The notes beneath the pieces are model-generated. The model searched no databases. It was not told where the DNA came from and was given only the letters and a program-made list of their open reading frames with translations. 64,000 bases of DNA, from positions 800,001 through 864,000 of the forward strand of contig CM000435.1 in NCBI GenBank assembly GCA_000165345.1, in the 5' to 3' direction. The translations under genes were made by a program, and so were the position numbers. Below, piece by piece: positions 9,587-20,510 of this stretch (position 1 is its first letter; the number at the start of each line of letters is the position of its first letter).

Positions 9587-11524
9587 CTACAAGTGCATAT
9601 TATACGCTCTACCATTTAAATTGTGTATAAAGCTAGTTGACGGTTTTGTAACAAGCCATTCATACCATACTCTATCCTTATTTGATTTTCTCCAGATGTT
9701 AAATGTTAGTTTGTCAAATTTTTTTAGTAATATAGGGTTGCTGATAGGAATAAAAAACTCGAACCAACTTATAGGATTATTAGTAAGATCAGAAGGTAAA
9801 GTTGAAAAGCCAACTTCGTTGTAGAGATCGCACTTAAAGTAACCTAGAAAACCGTGAAGGGTGGATTCAGCTCTTGATGTGAATTCAACAGTAGTGAAAA
9901 TTTCGTTTTCCATAATTTCTTCATTAATTTCTGTGGGATGATGGAACGAGAATACTTCTTTAGGCCCTTCTAATGATATTTTATAATGTGATTTTAGTCT
10001 TGAGACAAATGGTATTTCCAAAGTCTTTGATTTCAAATACGAAACTGCATTATTCCAAACCTTTCTACAAGATATAGGCTCTAAATATGACGTATAGCGT
10101 TGAGGAATCATTATTCCACTAGGTTTTAAAAATCTTTGAGCAAAAATTAAGCATTCAGGAGAAAGTTCATTATCTCCAAAGGAGCCAATTAACTCAGAAA
10201 TAATTAAATCATATTTTTCATCCAATTGCACGGTTCTAATGTCTGAATTAATTATGTCTACCTTTTCCCAATTTGCATTATCTTTATAATTCATCTTTGC
10301 TTTCAGAGTTAAAACCGCATTCCTGTTTTTTTCCACACACATAATTTTAAATGAATTAATACCTATATAACTGAATGCATTAAATGCACTCTTAATCAAC
10401 CCTCCCCTTCCTGATCCAACTATCAAAACTTTTATTTCTTCAGATTTTATATTATTTTCAGATAAAAATAACTTAACTGCATGAAAATACTTTTCATATT
10501 TTATGTGATCTCTTTCAAAAACTTCATATTCAATACTTTTTAGATTATTCGACAAAGGTTGAAGTGGCATTTGAAGAACATCAATGTAATTATATTCGTA
10601 TTTTTGTTTGCTGGATAATGGAGGAAAACTTTTTATAAACTTTACAATATTGTTGTATGAGTTCTTAATTATTGATTTAACATTAGAACTAATATTATCA
10701 TTAAAGTAAATTGAAATAGGTACTTTGGCTCTCATAGAATGTTTGAGTACTTCTGAAATTGACGAGCCTGAACGCTTTGATTCGAAAAAATCATAATTTA
10801 TGAACATGCACTTTATAGGCTCTCCAAAAAAACGAGAATAATCTTCTATTGAAATTCTAGATAAATTGCTATCAATTTTTAATGAAAGCCCTATTTTTGT
10901 ATTTGGTGATGCATTTATTATTGTGTTTGTAATCTGCCATTCACTCAATTGTTCATCAATTGAATTGTTTTCATTTATTTCTATTTCTATCCAAATTTGA
11001 ACACCAGTAGAGGTCAGTCCAATAAAAGAAGAAATCATAGATAAGAAGTGTATTGAAAGTTTATCAATTGAAATAATAACCGCATGATAACCAATAAAAT
11101 CGCACCAATCAAGTAATTTTCTGGCCTCATTAAGGTTTGAGTGCCCTTCCGCAGGGAACCGGCCAATAACACCAGTATTCCAATCGCTTCCACTGATTTC
11201 ATAATGTCCTAGAAATTTTGGTTTAGAACTAAAAAAGTTGGTGTCATTCTTATCTTTTACCATTTGGTTAACAGGAACGCAAATGAAGTCATATCCAATT
11301 TCTTTAAAATCGCTCAATGCTCTTTTTAATTTTTTTGAATCGCTAACTTCTGTTAATGCTGGTCCAAAACGATTATTATCATAATTATTTAAATCATTTT
11401 CGCTTAAATTCAGTCCGATGTTGAATATTTCAGGAGAAATTCGAATTGGCATAATTAGCTGATCTGAGGGGTAACGATACCAATTTTCCCTCGCTAAATA
11501 AAAATCAAGAAAAAAAGTGAACAT
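9587..11524 (-). CDS. PRMT5: Protein arginine N-methyltransferase 5 (type II PRMT).
   Basis: The SAM motif I VLIVGSGRGGL and the PRMT5-specific segment SELIGSFGDNELSPECL are both present. The length (645 aa) and an N-terminal TIM-barrel-like region fit PRMT5. Confidence 0.8.
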   Translation of the reverse strand: MFTFFLDFYLARENWYRYPSDQLIMPIRISPEIFNIGLNLSENDLNNYDNNRFGPALTEVSDSKKLKRALSDFKEIGYDFICVPVNQMVKDKNDTNFFSSKPKFLGHYEISGSDWNTGVIGRFPAEGHSNLNEARKLLDWCDFIGYHAVIISIDKLSIHFLSMISSFIGLTSTGVQIWIEIEINENNSIDEQLSEWQITNTIINASPNTKIGLSLKIDSNLSRISIEDYSRFFGEPIKCMFINYDFFESKRSGSSISEVLKHSMRAKVPISIYFNDNISSNVKSIIKNSYNNIVKFIKSFPPLSSKQKYEYNYIDVLQMPLQPLSNNLKSIEYEVFERDHIKYEKYFHAVKLFLSENNIKSEEIKVLIVGSGRGGLIKSAFNAFSYIGINSFKIMCVEKNRNAVLTLKAKMNYKDNANWEKVDIINSDIRTVQLDEKYDLIISELIGSFGDNELSPECLIFAQRFLKPSGIMIPQRYTSYLEPISCRKVWNNAVSYLKSKTLEIPFVSRLKSHYKISLEGPKEVFSFHHPTEINEEIMENEIFTTVEFTSRAESTLHGFLGYFKCDLYNEVGFSTLPSDLTNNPISWFEFFIPISNPILLKKFDKLTFNIWRKSNKDRVWYEWLVTKPSTSFIHNLNGRAYNMHL

Positions 11525-12428
11525 TTAATACAATTACAGTTACTATAGTTGAACATGATTATTAATAACTAATTTCTATATTTAAATACTTTTTCGAATA
11601 GTTATAGGTAAAGCAAATACGTTAATACTAAATACTAAGAGATTCACGCCCTAAATAAACTATTTCCTTAAATAAACAATACCAATTATACAGGTATTTG
11701 ATAATTGAAAATTGTTAAATACAATTTTAGCTAACGAATAAACTTAATGGATATATAACTTCAACTATAGGCCCAAATTTAAATTAATAACTGTTGTGCT
11801 TGACCAAATATCTTTATTGAATAAATTCATAATGAACAATTTATATTTAGACTAGTTTTTTAACTTTATATTCCATTTCAAGATTTGATCATTTAGTAAT
11901 TTACTAAACTTCGAAACATATCCAAAAAATCTTTATAAAAATAATAAATAACCCATCCATATTAATGGAAAAAAACTAACAAAATTTTAGTTTTGTAAAA
12001 AAAGTCAGGTTTACTTTAAATGTTTGAAATAATTTCGGGATAAAACGAGAAAAAAGGTAATAAGAATCGTCTTAAACATATGATGATATTTTTTTAATGT
12101 AATACGGCTCGTACATTTCTAAATTTGACATCACAGATCGCTTAAATCAAGTGAAAACATATTTTGCCTTAATCATCCGTCTAGATAATTTCATTAATTC
12201 GTCTAGAAGGCAATTGTTTAATTATTCTGCGCCAAGAATAAATTAGACTTTAGCTAGATTTAACACAAAAATTTATTCTTAATATATAAGATATGAATAA
12301 TATTTAAATAATAGGTAAACTATATTTTTAACTTTATGTTTAATTGGACAACACGATTCATCTGAGAAACAAAAATTATTAACAGAATTATGCTTTTTTT
12401 TCAACTATAATACTAGTTTAAGATTATC

Positions 12429-13331
12429 ATGCCTTTCTTCACTAATACTGGATTTAATACTGAGGAGTTTGAGTCACAATTACATTTGTTTGCTCAAAAG
12501 CTACAAACTATTAACACTCAACAGGATGTAATTTGCGCGTTATCTGAATCAATCATTTGTATTAAAGAAAACACGGTAATTTTACAATTGTATATGAGAG
12601 TTGTCGAAGAATATAGTAGTAGAGCACCACCTGAACACTTAATTCCGCTTGTTTACATATTGAACGATTTTGCTCAGAAATGTAAGTCTCAGGCACATTA
12701 TACATCCGAAGCTTTATTTAACATTTTCAACCAGATTAACTTATATCATACAGAATATATGGCTAAGGCAAGAAGATGTTACAATATTTGGAAGATCAGA
12801 GAAATATTTGATAATGATACATTGAGGAAACTAGACTGCGCTTTATTAGGACTCACTCCACCTGTTCCATCTGCACTCTCATGTGGAAATTTAAAAGAAC
12901 TACAGGCCTTAAATTCAGAACCATATCATCGGGCAAATGCTGTTAACAATTTAACAGACTCTTCTCAACGTAATCAAACAAATAATGACACTTACAATGA
13001 GCCTAATTACTTAGAACTACAATTTAACACACATAATGAAGACGACTTAAAGCTTGAAAGCCAATACTTAACACTTTGCGCAAGCGTAGATAATGTTCTT
13101 AAAGATGCAGCAAGTATTAGGGAGAAAAGAAAAATTATTCAAAACATTTGCTCAATGAATAGAACAAGTAAGCTTTCTTCCAACGAAAAGTTACTTAAGC
13201 TAATAGAAATGGAATGGGATTTGCGTTGTAATATATGCTTAAATCTGCAAGAAACTTTAAATTTACTTGATCATTTACATTCAGAAGTTATTATAAGACT
13301 CTCTAATACAGTAACAACATTACAAGGATAA
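12429..13331 (+). CDS. CID (RNA polymerase II CTD-interacting domain) protein, Rtt103/RPRD1-like.
   Basis: The MPF start and the FESQLHLFAQKL helix match the Rtt103 N-terminus. LIPLVYILNDFAQKCKSQ matches the CID LYLxNDVxQxxK helix. RRCYNIWKIREIF matches the LNIWxERxIF helix. Confidence 0.55.
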   Translation: MPFFTNTGFNTEEFESQLHLFAQKLQTINTQQDVICALSESIICIKENTVILQLYMRVVEEYSSRAPPEHLIPLVYILNDFAQKCKSQAHYTSEALFNIFNQINLYHTEYMAKARRCYNIWKIREIFDNDTLRKLDCALLGLTPPVPSALSCGNLKELQALNSEPYHRANAVNNLTDSSQRNQTNNDTYNEPNYLELQFNTHNEDDLKLESQYLTLCASVDNVLKDAASIREKRKIIQNICSMNRTSKLSSNEKLLKLIEMEWDLRCNICLNLQETLNLLDHLHSEVIIRLSNTVTTLQG

Positions 13332-13416
13332 CTAAAATTAACATTTCTTAAAAAATAAACCATAGCCTGAATAGATTGTTTTTAACACTAAAATTAATTT
13401 GAGCTAGCTTAACCAT

Positions 13417-14775
13417 TTAATTATTCAATAACTCGGAAATAGACCATTGGAAATAAATTACTGTCGCTGTCTTATCGTCTAGGCTACCCTTTTTTTCAGC
13501 CTCTTTAGTAAGCTCATTGGCAGCTTCAGTCGGAGTGCACTTTAAATTCTTTTCAGTAATTCCCACTAGTTCCTCATCTGTGAAAAAATCAGTGATTCCA
13601 TCCGTTGCTAATATTAAAAATAAATCGTTTTCTAAGTCAATTTCATGAACTGTAATCTCTGGATCTGAAATACATAATAACTGAGGCTCCTTCATATTTA
13701 TATCTCCAATACTTCTAGATGTGCACAATCCAATACATTTGGCACTAACATCAAAGCTATACCTTTGTTGTTTTTTAACCAGAACTCTCCATGCGCCGTT
13801 ACAAAATTCTACTTTTCCTCCTGCCTTTTCGATTCTTGTCCTTTCATTAATATCGCTAAGCCGATGAATTCTTGTCAAGCGTTTTGCAGAAATTGAGTTA
13901 TTTCCACTTTTGTATCCAAGAATAAGTTTAGAATCACCGCAATTACCAATAACCAATTTTAATTTGTTATCTATGGGATCAGGCCCAAAAATGATACAAA
14001 CTAATGCAGTTGTGCCATCAAATACTTTGTTCTTTCTTGCAATTGAAAGAAAACTATTATTAGTAATTTCAAAACCTTTTTTGATCCCTTTACAGAGAGA
14101 TTCAACAATATAAGAAGAAAAAATTCGAGTGTTATCCACTCTGCAAACCGAATTTTCGGCCCGGCAAAGTGACCTTTTGTCACTAAATCGGCTCATATTC
14201 TGAGAAAAAACAGTATAAATGTTTGTCAATAGCCTTTGATGAACATATTCAACACAATTATTACCTGCATGCCCATCGAAAAGTGCGCTAAAAAAAAATG
14301 TGCTAGGAGTTTGGTTGTTAAAATTAAAAAAGAATTGCTTCTTTGTAATATGCCTGTCTTCACACAAATCTAAATTCTTTGTTGGGCTCGGAATTACGCT
14401 GGTTCCTGCATGAATCCCCCTTTCCAAAAATGGTGTGCATTCATCTTCTACATGCGCAATATTAATTTCTTTATTTGAAACTTCTTCCAACTCGAAGTTT
14501 GTACTCATTTCAATCAGTCTCAATTTCTCTTGGTCAAGTCTGAATAACTTTGATAATGAGCTGCTGTAGTAAACGTCATTATCTTTATTATAAAGCCATA
14601 CCGAATTATCGCCTACATACCAACCGTGTTCTTCGTCCAGCTTATAATTAAAATCATTCAATTCTTCATGAACAAGCAAAGGCGTACCATTCATATTCGA
14701 AAGATTGGCGTTTAGTTTATCGTGTTTCAATGTACCTTGATAAGCCTCGATAGTCCTGTCATTATTATCTTTCAT
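13417..14775 (-). CDS. PP2C-family Ser/Thr protein phosphatase (PPM).
   Basis: FFSALFDGHAGNNCVEY (PPM motif GxFDGHGG), LVIGNCGDSK (motif with the catalytic Asp), ILATDGITDF (DG[L/I]WD) and the C-terminal DDKTATVI (DN[I/M]T[V/A]). Confidence 0.8.
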   Translation of the reverse strand: MKDNNDRTIEAYQGTLKHDKLNANLSNMNGTPLLVHEELNDFNYKLDEEHGWYVGDNSVWLYNKDNDVYYSSSLSKLFRLDQEKLRLIEMSTNFELEEVSNKEINIAHVEDECTPFLERGIHAGTSVIPSPTKNLDLCEDRHITKKQFFFNFNNQTPSTFFFSALFDGHAGNNCVEYVHQRLLTNIYTVFSQNMSRFSDKRSLCRAENSVCRVDNTRIFSSYIVESLCKGIKKGFEITNNSFLSIARKNKVFDGTTALVCIIFGPDPIDNKLKLVIGNCGDSKLILGYKSGNNSISAKRLTRIHRLSDINERTRIEKAGGKVEFCNGAWRVLVKKQQRYSFDVSAKCIGLCTSRSIGDINMKEPQLLCISDPEITVHEIDLENDLFLILATDGITDFFTDEELVGITEKNLKCTPTEAANELTKEAEKKGSLDDKTATVIYFQWSISELLNN

Positions 14776-14885
14776 TATACATTTTGTTGGAAATAATAAT
14801 TATCACTTTGAAATTACCGCCAATCCCCTTTTAAGAATCTTTAAATAGCAAAAAGTTATTAATACAAGTACCATAAAATAGATTA

Positions 14886-16328
14886 ATGTTTGATACTCTA
14901 AAAATTAAGTTAGATGGACCAGATGCATATCTTCTCGAGGAGGAGGAAAAGGTCAAGCGATCAGTGGTACTAAATAATATGCTTAGGTCTGCAATTCAAT
15001 CAAGAAATAAACCTGACACATCAAAAATGGTAGAGACATCCGAATTCATTAATATCTCGTCATTAAAGCGCAAAAGAAATACAAGCAATGAACAATTTTT
15101 AAGAAGTAAGCTTAATTCAAACGGTGAAAGGTTAGAATCTCGAAAGTACAATTTTTTTGGAGCTGGAAATGAAAATGATGCTCAGGGTTTAGATAAAATA
15201 ATGAAACTGCCATGGGAGAAGATTCCTAGATATTTATACAAGTCTTCTGGAGTTGATTTATTCTTTATTCACTTAAACAACGAAATAGTGCAATTAGTTA
15301 AATGGCTGGAGCTGACTAATTCTGAACATATGTTAAGAACTAGAGCGCTAGCAAGAATAACATTAATTTCTCATTCCCTATGGCCTGGTTCAAAAGTCCA
15401 ACCCTTTGGGAGTTATTATACAGGCCTTTCTCTACCAACAGGAGATTTAGACGTTTGTATTTTGAATGTTCCGGGAGACCCTAAGAGAAGACTTCGTGAA
15501 TTTGCAAGCATTTTAAAAGAATGGAGACTCTGTACAGGAATTGAACTTATTTTGACAGCGAAAGTTCCTATTATTAAATATGTAGATTCAGAAGCATGTA
15601 TTTCCGTTGATATTTCTCTTAACCAAGAAAGTTCAATAGATACAACTAAACATATTTCGGAATGCCTTAAAAAATTTAGTACATTGAGGCCTTTATTAAT
15701 CGTTATAAAGCTATTTTTAAGACAGAGAGGTTTAGATGAAACTTACCTTGGCGGTCTCGGATCATATTCTCAGTTCTGCTTGGTTTTATCGTTTTTACAG
15801 CAACATTCATCATCCTACTCGCACACTCTCTATAAATCAACAACATTAGGGCATTTACTATTTGATTTTTTGGAACTGTTTGGTATTGTATTTAATTACA
15901 GTAGCACAGGGATTCGCTTAAAAGGGAAAGGTGAGTATTTTAATAGACGAACAACAAAATCTGATTCAACATTATTCTTGGAATCTCCCTTGCCACCTCA
16001 TAATGATTTGGGAAGGGGTGCATTTAAATACAATGATGTGAGAGAGTCATTTAGACTTGCATTTTTGGACCTAGTCGAATCAAGAGGAAGGTTCAATAAA
16101 ATATGCTCATCTTTAGAGGAAACAAAATTTAAAAGCCCGGAATACTATAGTATTATCTCTTCTATAATTTGCACGGACTATGAGCTTTTTCAATGCAGAG
16201 CAAGAACTGTTGATAAAACACAACTTTCAATAAGCGCATATAGAAAGCCTCCATATATTTCTAATGAAATTATCAAAAAAGTGAAATTAGAGATGGAAAA
16301 ATTGGATATAAATGTTAATGCTACTTGA
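14886..16328 (+). CDS. Non-canonical poly(A) polymerase / terminal nucleotidyltransferase of the Cid1/Trf4 (PAP/25A-associated) type.
   Basis: Pol-beta-like nucleotidyltransferase signature FGSYYTGLSLPTGDLDVCI (hG[GS]x9-13Dh[DE]h). The downstream PAP-associated region matches the family (LGHLLFDFLELFG ... ESPLPPHNDLGRG). Confidence 0.7.
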   Translation: MFDTLKIKLDGPDAYLLEEEEKVKRSVVLNNMLRSAIQSRNKPDTSKMVETSEFINISSLKRKRNTSNEQFLRSKLNSNGERLESRKYNFFGAGNENDAQGLDKIMKLPWEKIPRYLYKSSGVDLFFIHLNNEIVQLVKWLELTNSEHMLRTRALARITLISHSLWPGSKVQPFGSYYTGLSLPTGDLDVCILNVPGDPKRRLREFASILKEWRLCTGIELILTAKVPIIKYVDSEACISVDISLNQESSIDTTKHISECLKKFSTLRPLLIVIKLFLRQRGLDETYLGGLGSYSQFCLVLSFLQQHSSSYSHTLYKSTTLGHLLFDFLELFGIVFNYSSTGIRLKGKGEYFNRRTTKSDSTLFLESPLPPHNDLGRGAFKYNDVRESFRLAFLDLVESRGRFNKICSSLEETKFKSPEYYSIISSIICTDYELFQCRARTVDKTQLSISAYRKPPYISNEIIKKVKLEMEKLDINVNAT

Positions 16329-18621
16329 CTCTGTGATAGAAATAGCTATTTCCATTTCTAGTTCTCCCTGAAAAAGTTGCAATACCAATATTTTGCACTG
16401 GAAACAGCCTGGAGTTTGTATTTTGATATATTATAGGCCTTTGATAGTTAAAATTGAAGCAGTTGATAGGTGCATAACTAATTGAATTTTTATATAAATT
16501 ACTATTGATACCAACTCCTCCATTAAATGCATTTAAGTCAGAAAATAGGCTTTTATGCTGATAATTTTCTGTGGTTTCAATAGATTCCCTACGCAAAGTT
16601 CCTTCTTCGTTCATGTTATTTTCTTCGGTTGCATCACATATATTACTAAAGCATTCAGATTTTCCCTCAGAATTTATATTATCAACTTGGACTTCTACAT
16701 CCTTTTTGGAATCTGATGTTTCGGCATAAATTTCTATTTTTTCCTGTACAGAGTATGTGTTACTAGTTTCAGTTTGAACAGTGTTTTTATTATAAGAAAA
16801 AATCGGACGCTTGGATAGGGTCTTACTCCAAAATATGTCTTTTGCAGGGCAAGTTTGAAGAGGATCAAAGACATTTTGGGTAAATTCGCTAGTTAAATCC
16901 TTACTTGCTTGCTTATGCCTATATTCTCTTACTCTTCGTCTGGCAGTATTTACTGCAGAAAGAATTTTAGAAATTGGAGTTTCAGAACATTTGGTGTACT
17001 TCAAATGATTTGGAATGCTTAAGTAGCTTCTAGTATGTTTCTCACCAAAACCATTTAATTTATAAAAATTTGATTTCTCATTTTTCATTCTCAAGTGTTC
17101 GTTATTAATTCCTATAACCGATTTATTCAAATTGTATGACTGTTTCTTATTTCTGCAACTTATCCACTCTGATTCTAACTCTAAATTAGAATTAAACATA
17201 CTAGAACTATCTTCGATAGAAATAAATTGGTCTAATTTGTTTTCGTATCCAGTTATAAAATTTTTATTCATTGCATTATTTTCATCTAAATGCTTATTTT
17301 GATAGGCCTTCAAACTCAATATAGCTGGCTCTTTACTACTTTCTGATTCATCGTACCAATTTTTCAAGTATCTATTTATTATATGAAGTTGGATAGGAAT
17401 TTTATGAGTCAATGAATCATCGTTATCTAATAATCTTGTTAAATCTCCAACATGTTCGATGTTAAATATCAAATCTTCATCTTTTATGATTTTCCCTGAT
17501 AAATTAAATAAAACCAATTTCAAGTCTTCAAAGTTTGTTACTAAATTACTATATTGATAACTCATTTTTTCAACATTTTCTTCGTTCTTTAAAGTCAAAA
17601 AATTATTTTTTAAAAGCGAGTAATAATTGTGAAATTTTTTGATCAATGATACTAGTGTATTTTCATCTGAACAATTATTGTATTCATTTATTTTATTCCG
17701 AAGGCTGAAGGCAGAATTGTAAAACAAACTGGATTCAATATTGCATTTGTCAATAAACAAGTTCAACCCATTACATTGAGCACAAATGATGAAGGAATAA
17801 TTATTATCAAAAATAGCATTGGAAACAATTTCTAGTAAAAAGTGGGACGTCTTTGCCATCATTAAAGTTAAATCACTGAAAAAAGAGTTAACCGAGTTGT
17901 TTATATCTTCCGATTTTATTTGTTTTGAGGTAATAAACATGCTTGATTCACGGATCCTATGATTGTAATCCAAAAAATAGATTTTATTATACACACTGTT
18001 GAATAAATAACAATCTTCAGTATTTTTATCGTAGCTTGCATATTCAATTTCAAAGATAAATAATTTATGATATATCTCTTTTTCAGCAATTGATTTTTCA
18101 AATTGAAGTTTTCTCGCAATGTTAATCATATTAAAGATTTGTACCGGATCATTTACATCAACTTGAAGTACATTTAGATTGCAAACTCCATTATCTAGAA
18201 TAACCTCAACTGGACTATTTAACCCTTGAAATACGTCATATATGTGCTCAGAGTCAGAATCTTCAGATTTGCCACTAATCAGAATTAACGAGCATTTAAT
18301 TTTGTTAAAATAGATCTCATTTGGTCTATGTTGTTTATAATACTGTTTAATAGCTTTCGTTTGAATAAATAAGTTATAGACTAATTCTTCAAATAAACAT
18401 ATTCCATAATCATCTATTTCGGGTTCTGCACCTTCTAGAGGAATTCCAGCAAACTTATCGTTATAAAGAAAATGCTCGCATGTCTTTCTGTTTAACCCGC
18501 ATATTAAGAAACTATTTTCTGATAATAAAGTATTAATTGCTATTGACTTAATCTGAGATTCATTAATGGATCTTTTATCGCCTGCAATCCGAATATATCT
18601 AGATTTACTCCCAATATACAT
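16321..18621 (-). CDS. Hypothetical 766-aa protein. No family assigned. The C-terminal third is Asn/Ser-rich.
   Basis: Long uninterrupted ORF. Its 3' end overlaps the stop region of the convergent nucleotidyltransferase gene by 8 nt. Confidence 0.5.
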   Translation of the reverse strand: MYIGSKSRYIRIAGDKRSINESQIKSIAINTLLSENSFLICGLNRKTCEHFLYNDKFAGIPLEGAEPEIDDYGICLFEELVYNLFIQTKAIKQYYKQHRPNEIYFNKIKCSLILISGKSEDSDSEHIYDVFQGLNSPVEVILDNGVCNLNVLQVDVNDPVQIFNMINIARKLQFEKSIAEKEIYHKLFIFEIEYASYDKNTEDCYLFNSVYNKIYFLDYNHRIRESSMFITSKQIKSEDINNSVNSFFSDLTLMMAKTSHFLLEIVSNAIFDNNYSFIICAQCNGLNLFIDKCNIESSLFYNSAFSLRNKINEYNNCSDENTLVSLIKKFHNYYSLLKNNFLTLKNEENVEKMSYQYSNLVTNFEDLKLVLFNLSGKIIKDEDLIFNIEHVGDLTRLLDNDDSLTHKIPIQLHIINRYLKNWYDESESSKEPAILSLKAYQNKHLDENNAMNKNFITGYENKLDQFISIEDSSSMFNSNLELESEWISCRNKKQSYNLNKSVIGINNEHLRMKNEKSNFYKLNGFGEKHTRSYLSIPNHLKYTKCSETPISKILSAVNTARRRVREYRHKQASKDLTSEFTQNVFDPLQTCPAKDIFWSKTLSKRPIFSYNKNTVQTETSNTYSVQEKIEIYAETSDSKKDVEVQVDNINSEGKSECFSNICDATEENNMNEEGTLRRESIETTENYQHKSLFSDLNAFNGGVGINSNLYKNSISYAPINCFNFNYQRPIIYQNTNSRLFPVQNIGIATFSGRTRNGNSYFYHRVK

Positions 18622-18774
18622 TTTTTAATTCATTTGTTATTTTTAGTTCCAATTTAGACAGAAAATTCATGTGGCCAAATGTGCAACAAACTGGGCAAAA
18701 TTTATTAAGAAATATCCTACTTTCTAATTTTATAAATACTTAATTATAAAAATCTAATAAAATAGAAATGAGCC

Positions 18775-20412
18775 CTATTCATCATCTGCTAGGGATTGAT
18801 GTTCATTAAAAAGAAGCAGTAGGCTTGCTTCTTCAGTGAAATCATGTTTATCGACTTCAAAAATAGATTCGAATACATATGGTATATTCTCAATTAAATC
18901 AGATGCAAGCATGCTTCTAAACTTCTTTTTAAAAGCAATATATGCCGAAAGCCTTACTATTAAGCATGACCCATATGCAGAATTTACCTCGGGATATTGA
19001 CAAATTTGTTTATCTTCTCTGTTTTTTGTAAAATATTGCATACTCCAATTAAATAGAGTCGAAATGACTCCTGAAAGGACATCGCCTTGTCCTGCAGATC
19101 TTTTATATGAACCAGCAATATTACAAACCGCAACTACATCACCATTTGTTATTATATCAATTTTATCTTTCAATACAATGCAAATATTCCCTAAACTTTT
19201 TGAAAGTTCAAATACCCTGTTTGTAATGCACAAGAATTCTTCTTCATTTACTGTAGGTTGAGAACCACTTAATGCATTTTGGCTGCATCTTTTATTTGTT
19301 TTACCTACTCCAATACAATTCTCATTTAAAACATGCTCATAAAAACACATATTCAAAGGATTTGAAGAGAGTGCTCGAGCATTATTTACCTTAATATTTT
19401 GTTTGTTTATTGAATCTGCTTGATAAAATAAATTGATCTCTTCGCCATCATCATGCATTTGAAGTACTGTATCTTCGACAGTTGATGGCCATTCAGTTCT
19501 GGGAACACGTTCGCAAGGAGACAGCGATTCCGGGAGTCTTTCTTCATTAATACCTAAAGGAAGAACTCTAGGGATATTTATTGAACTATCAGTACTCAGG
19601 TCTACCCTACTTATTTTATCTGAAATTTCTATATGACTTAATGTTGTGCCGGGGCCAATATCAGAGTTTGATTTATTATTGTTATTCGAGCTATTACCAT
19701 TTTTTGTGTCATTTGTTTCTTTATTAACTGATTTTTCTAATCTAAAAAACTCAATTAAATTTGGGGTCAAAATACAATGCTTGTATCCTGATATTAACTC
19801 AGGTTGTTGAGCAATTACATACAATCCATCTGCATCAACTACAATAGGAATAGAGAGGCATCTGCATATTTTTATCAGTTCTGCTGTAATAAATGCAATA
19901 TCTTTTTCTCTTCCAAGGCCACAGCCAATAATAATTACATCCATTTTCCCGAGCCAAGGTCTGATCAAATCTATCGATCTATTACGTGCTTCTTCTTTGC
20001 TTAGTTCTCCATATGAAGGAAACAGAGGATGAACAATTAATTCAGGTGAATATGTTTTTATCGGAATTGCAGCTTCTGGAGTACAAAAAATGTGGCATAG
20101 ATCTGCTCCTAATTTTAATGATGATATTCCTGCAAAGTACGGTGCTCCAGCGTACTCTTTTGAACCACCAATTATACCAATCCTTCCAAGATTGCCCTTT
20201 CTAAGATCGGATGAAAGTTGGGGAATTGTATATCTGACTGAATCGATCAATTTTCCTTGTGAAATAGGTGGGTACCATGAGTATTCAAATTTATAACCAG
20301 ATTTTTTCGGAAGTTTTATACCAGTTTCATCGCTAGTAAAAATTTTTGTGGAATCTTCTGAATTACTTACAGCAATAACTTCTTTTCTAAAACAGCTAAG
20401 AAACCCGTTCAT
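18775..20412 (-). CDS. ATP-dependent (S)-NAD(P)H-hydrate dehydratase (CARKD / YjeF C-terminal domain family). The middle of the protein carries a roughly 160-aa Asn/Ser-rich low-complexity insertion.
   Basis: GRIGIIGGSKEYAGAPYFAGISSLKLGADLCHIFC (phosphate-binding N-terminal motif) and GSYKRSAGQGDVLSG (C-terminal GxGDxLsG motif). An insertion, NGNSSNNNNKSNSD...VNEEEF, lies between the conserved halves. Confidence 0.7.
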   Translation of the reverse strand: MNGFLSCFRKEVIAVSNSEDSTKIFTSDETGIKLPKKSGYKFEYSWYPPISQGKLIDSVRYTIPQLSSDLRKGNLGRIGIIGGSKEYAGAPYFAGISSLKLGADLCHIFCTPEAAIPIKTYSPELIVHPLFPSYGELSKEEARNRSIDLIRPWLGKMDVIIIGCGLGREKDIAFITAELIKICRCLSIPIVVDADGLYVIAQQPELISGYKHCILTPNLIEFFRLEKSVNKETNDTKNGNSSNNNNKSNSDIGPGTTLSHIEISDKISRVDLSTDSSINIPRVLPLGINEERLPESLSPCERVPRTEWPSTVEDTVLQMHDDGEEINLFYQADSINKQNIKVNNARALSSNPLNMCFYEHVLNENCIGVGKTNKRCSQNALSGSQPTVNEEEFLCITNRVFELSKSLGNICIVLKDKIDIITNGDVVAVCNIAGSYKRSAGQGDVLSGVISTLFNWSMQYFTKNREDKQICQYPEVNSAYGSCLIVRLSAYIAFKKKFRSMLASDLIENIPYVFESIFEVDKHDFTEEASLLLLFNEHQSLADDE

Positions 20413-20510
20413 TTAATTTCTATATATCAATATCTTACATACAATAATAATGGCGGATAAAATAGATTTAGCGGAATTAGTGGGAAAAAAATAAATATAT
20501 AAATAATTAA

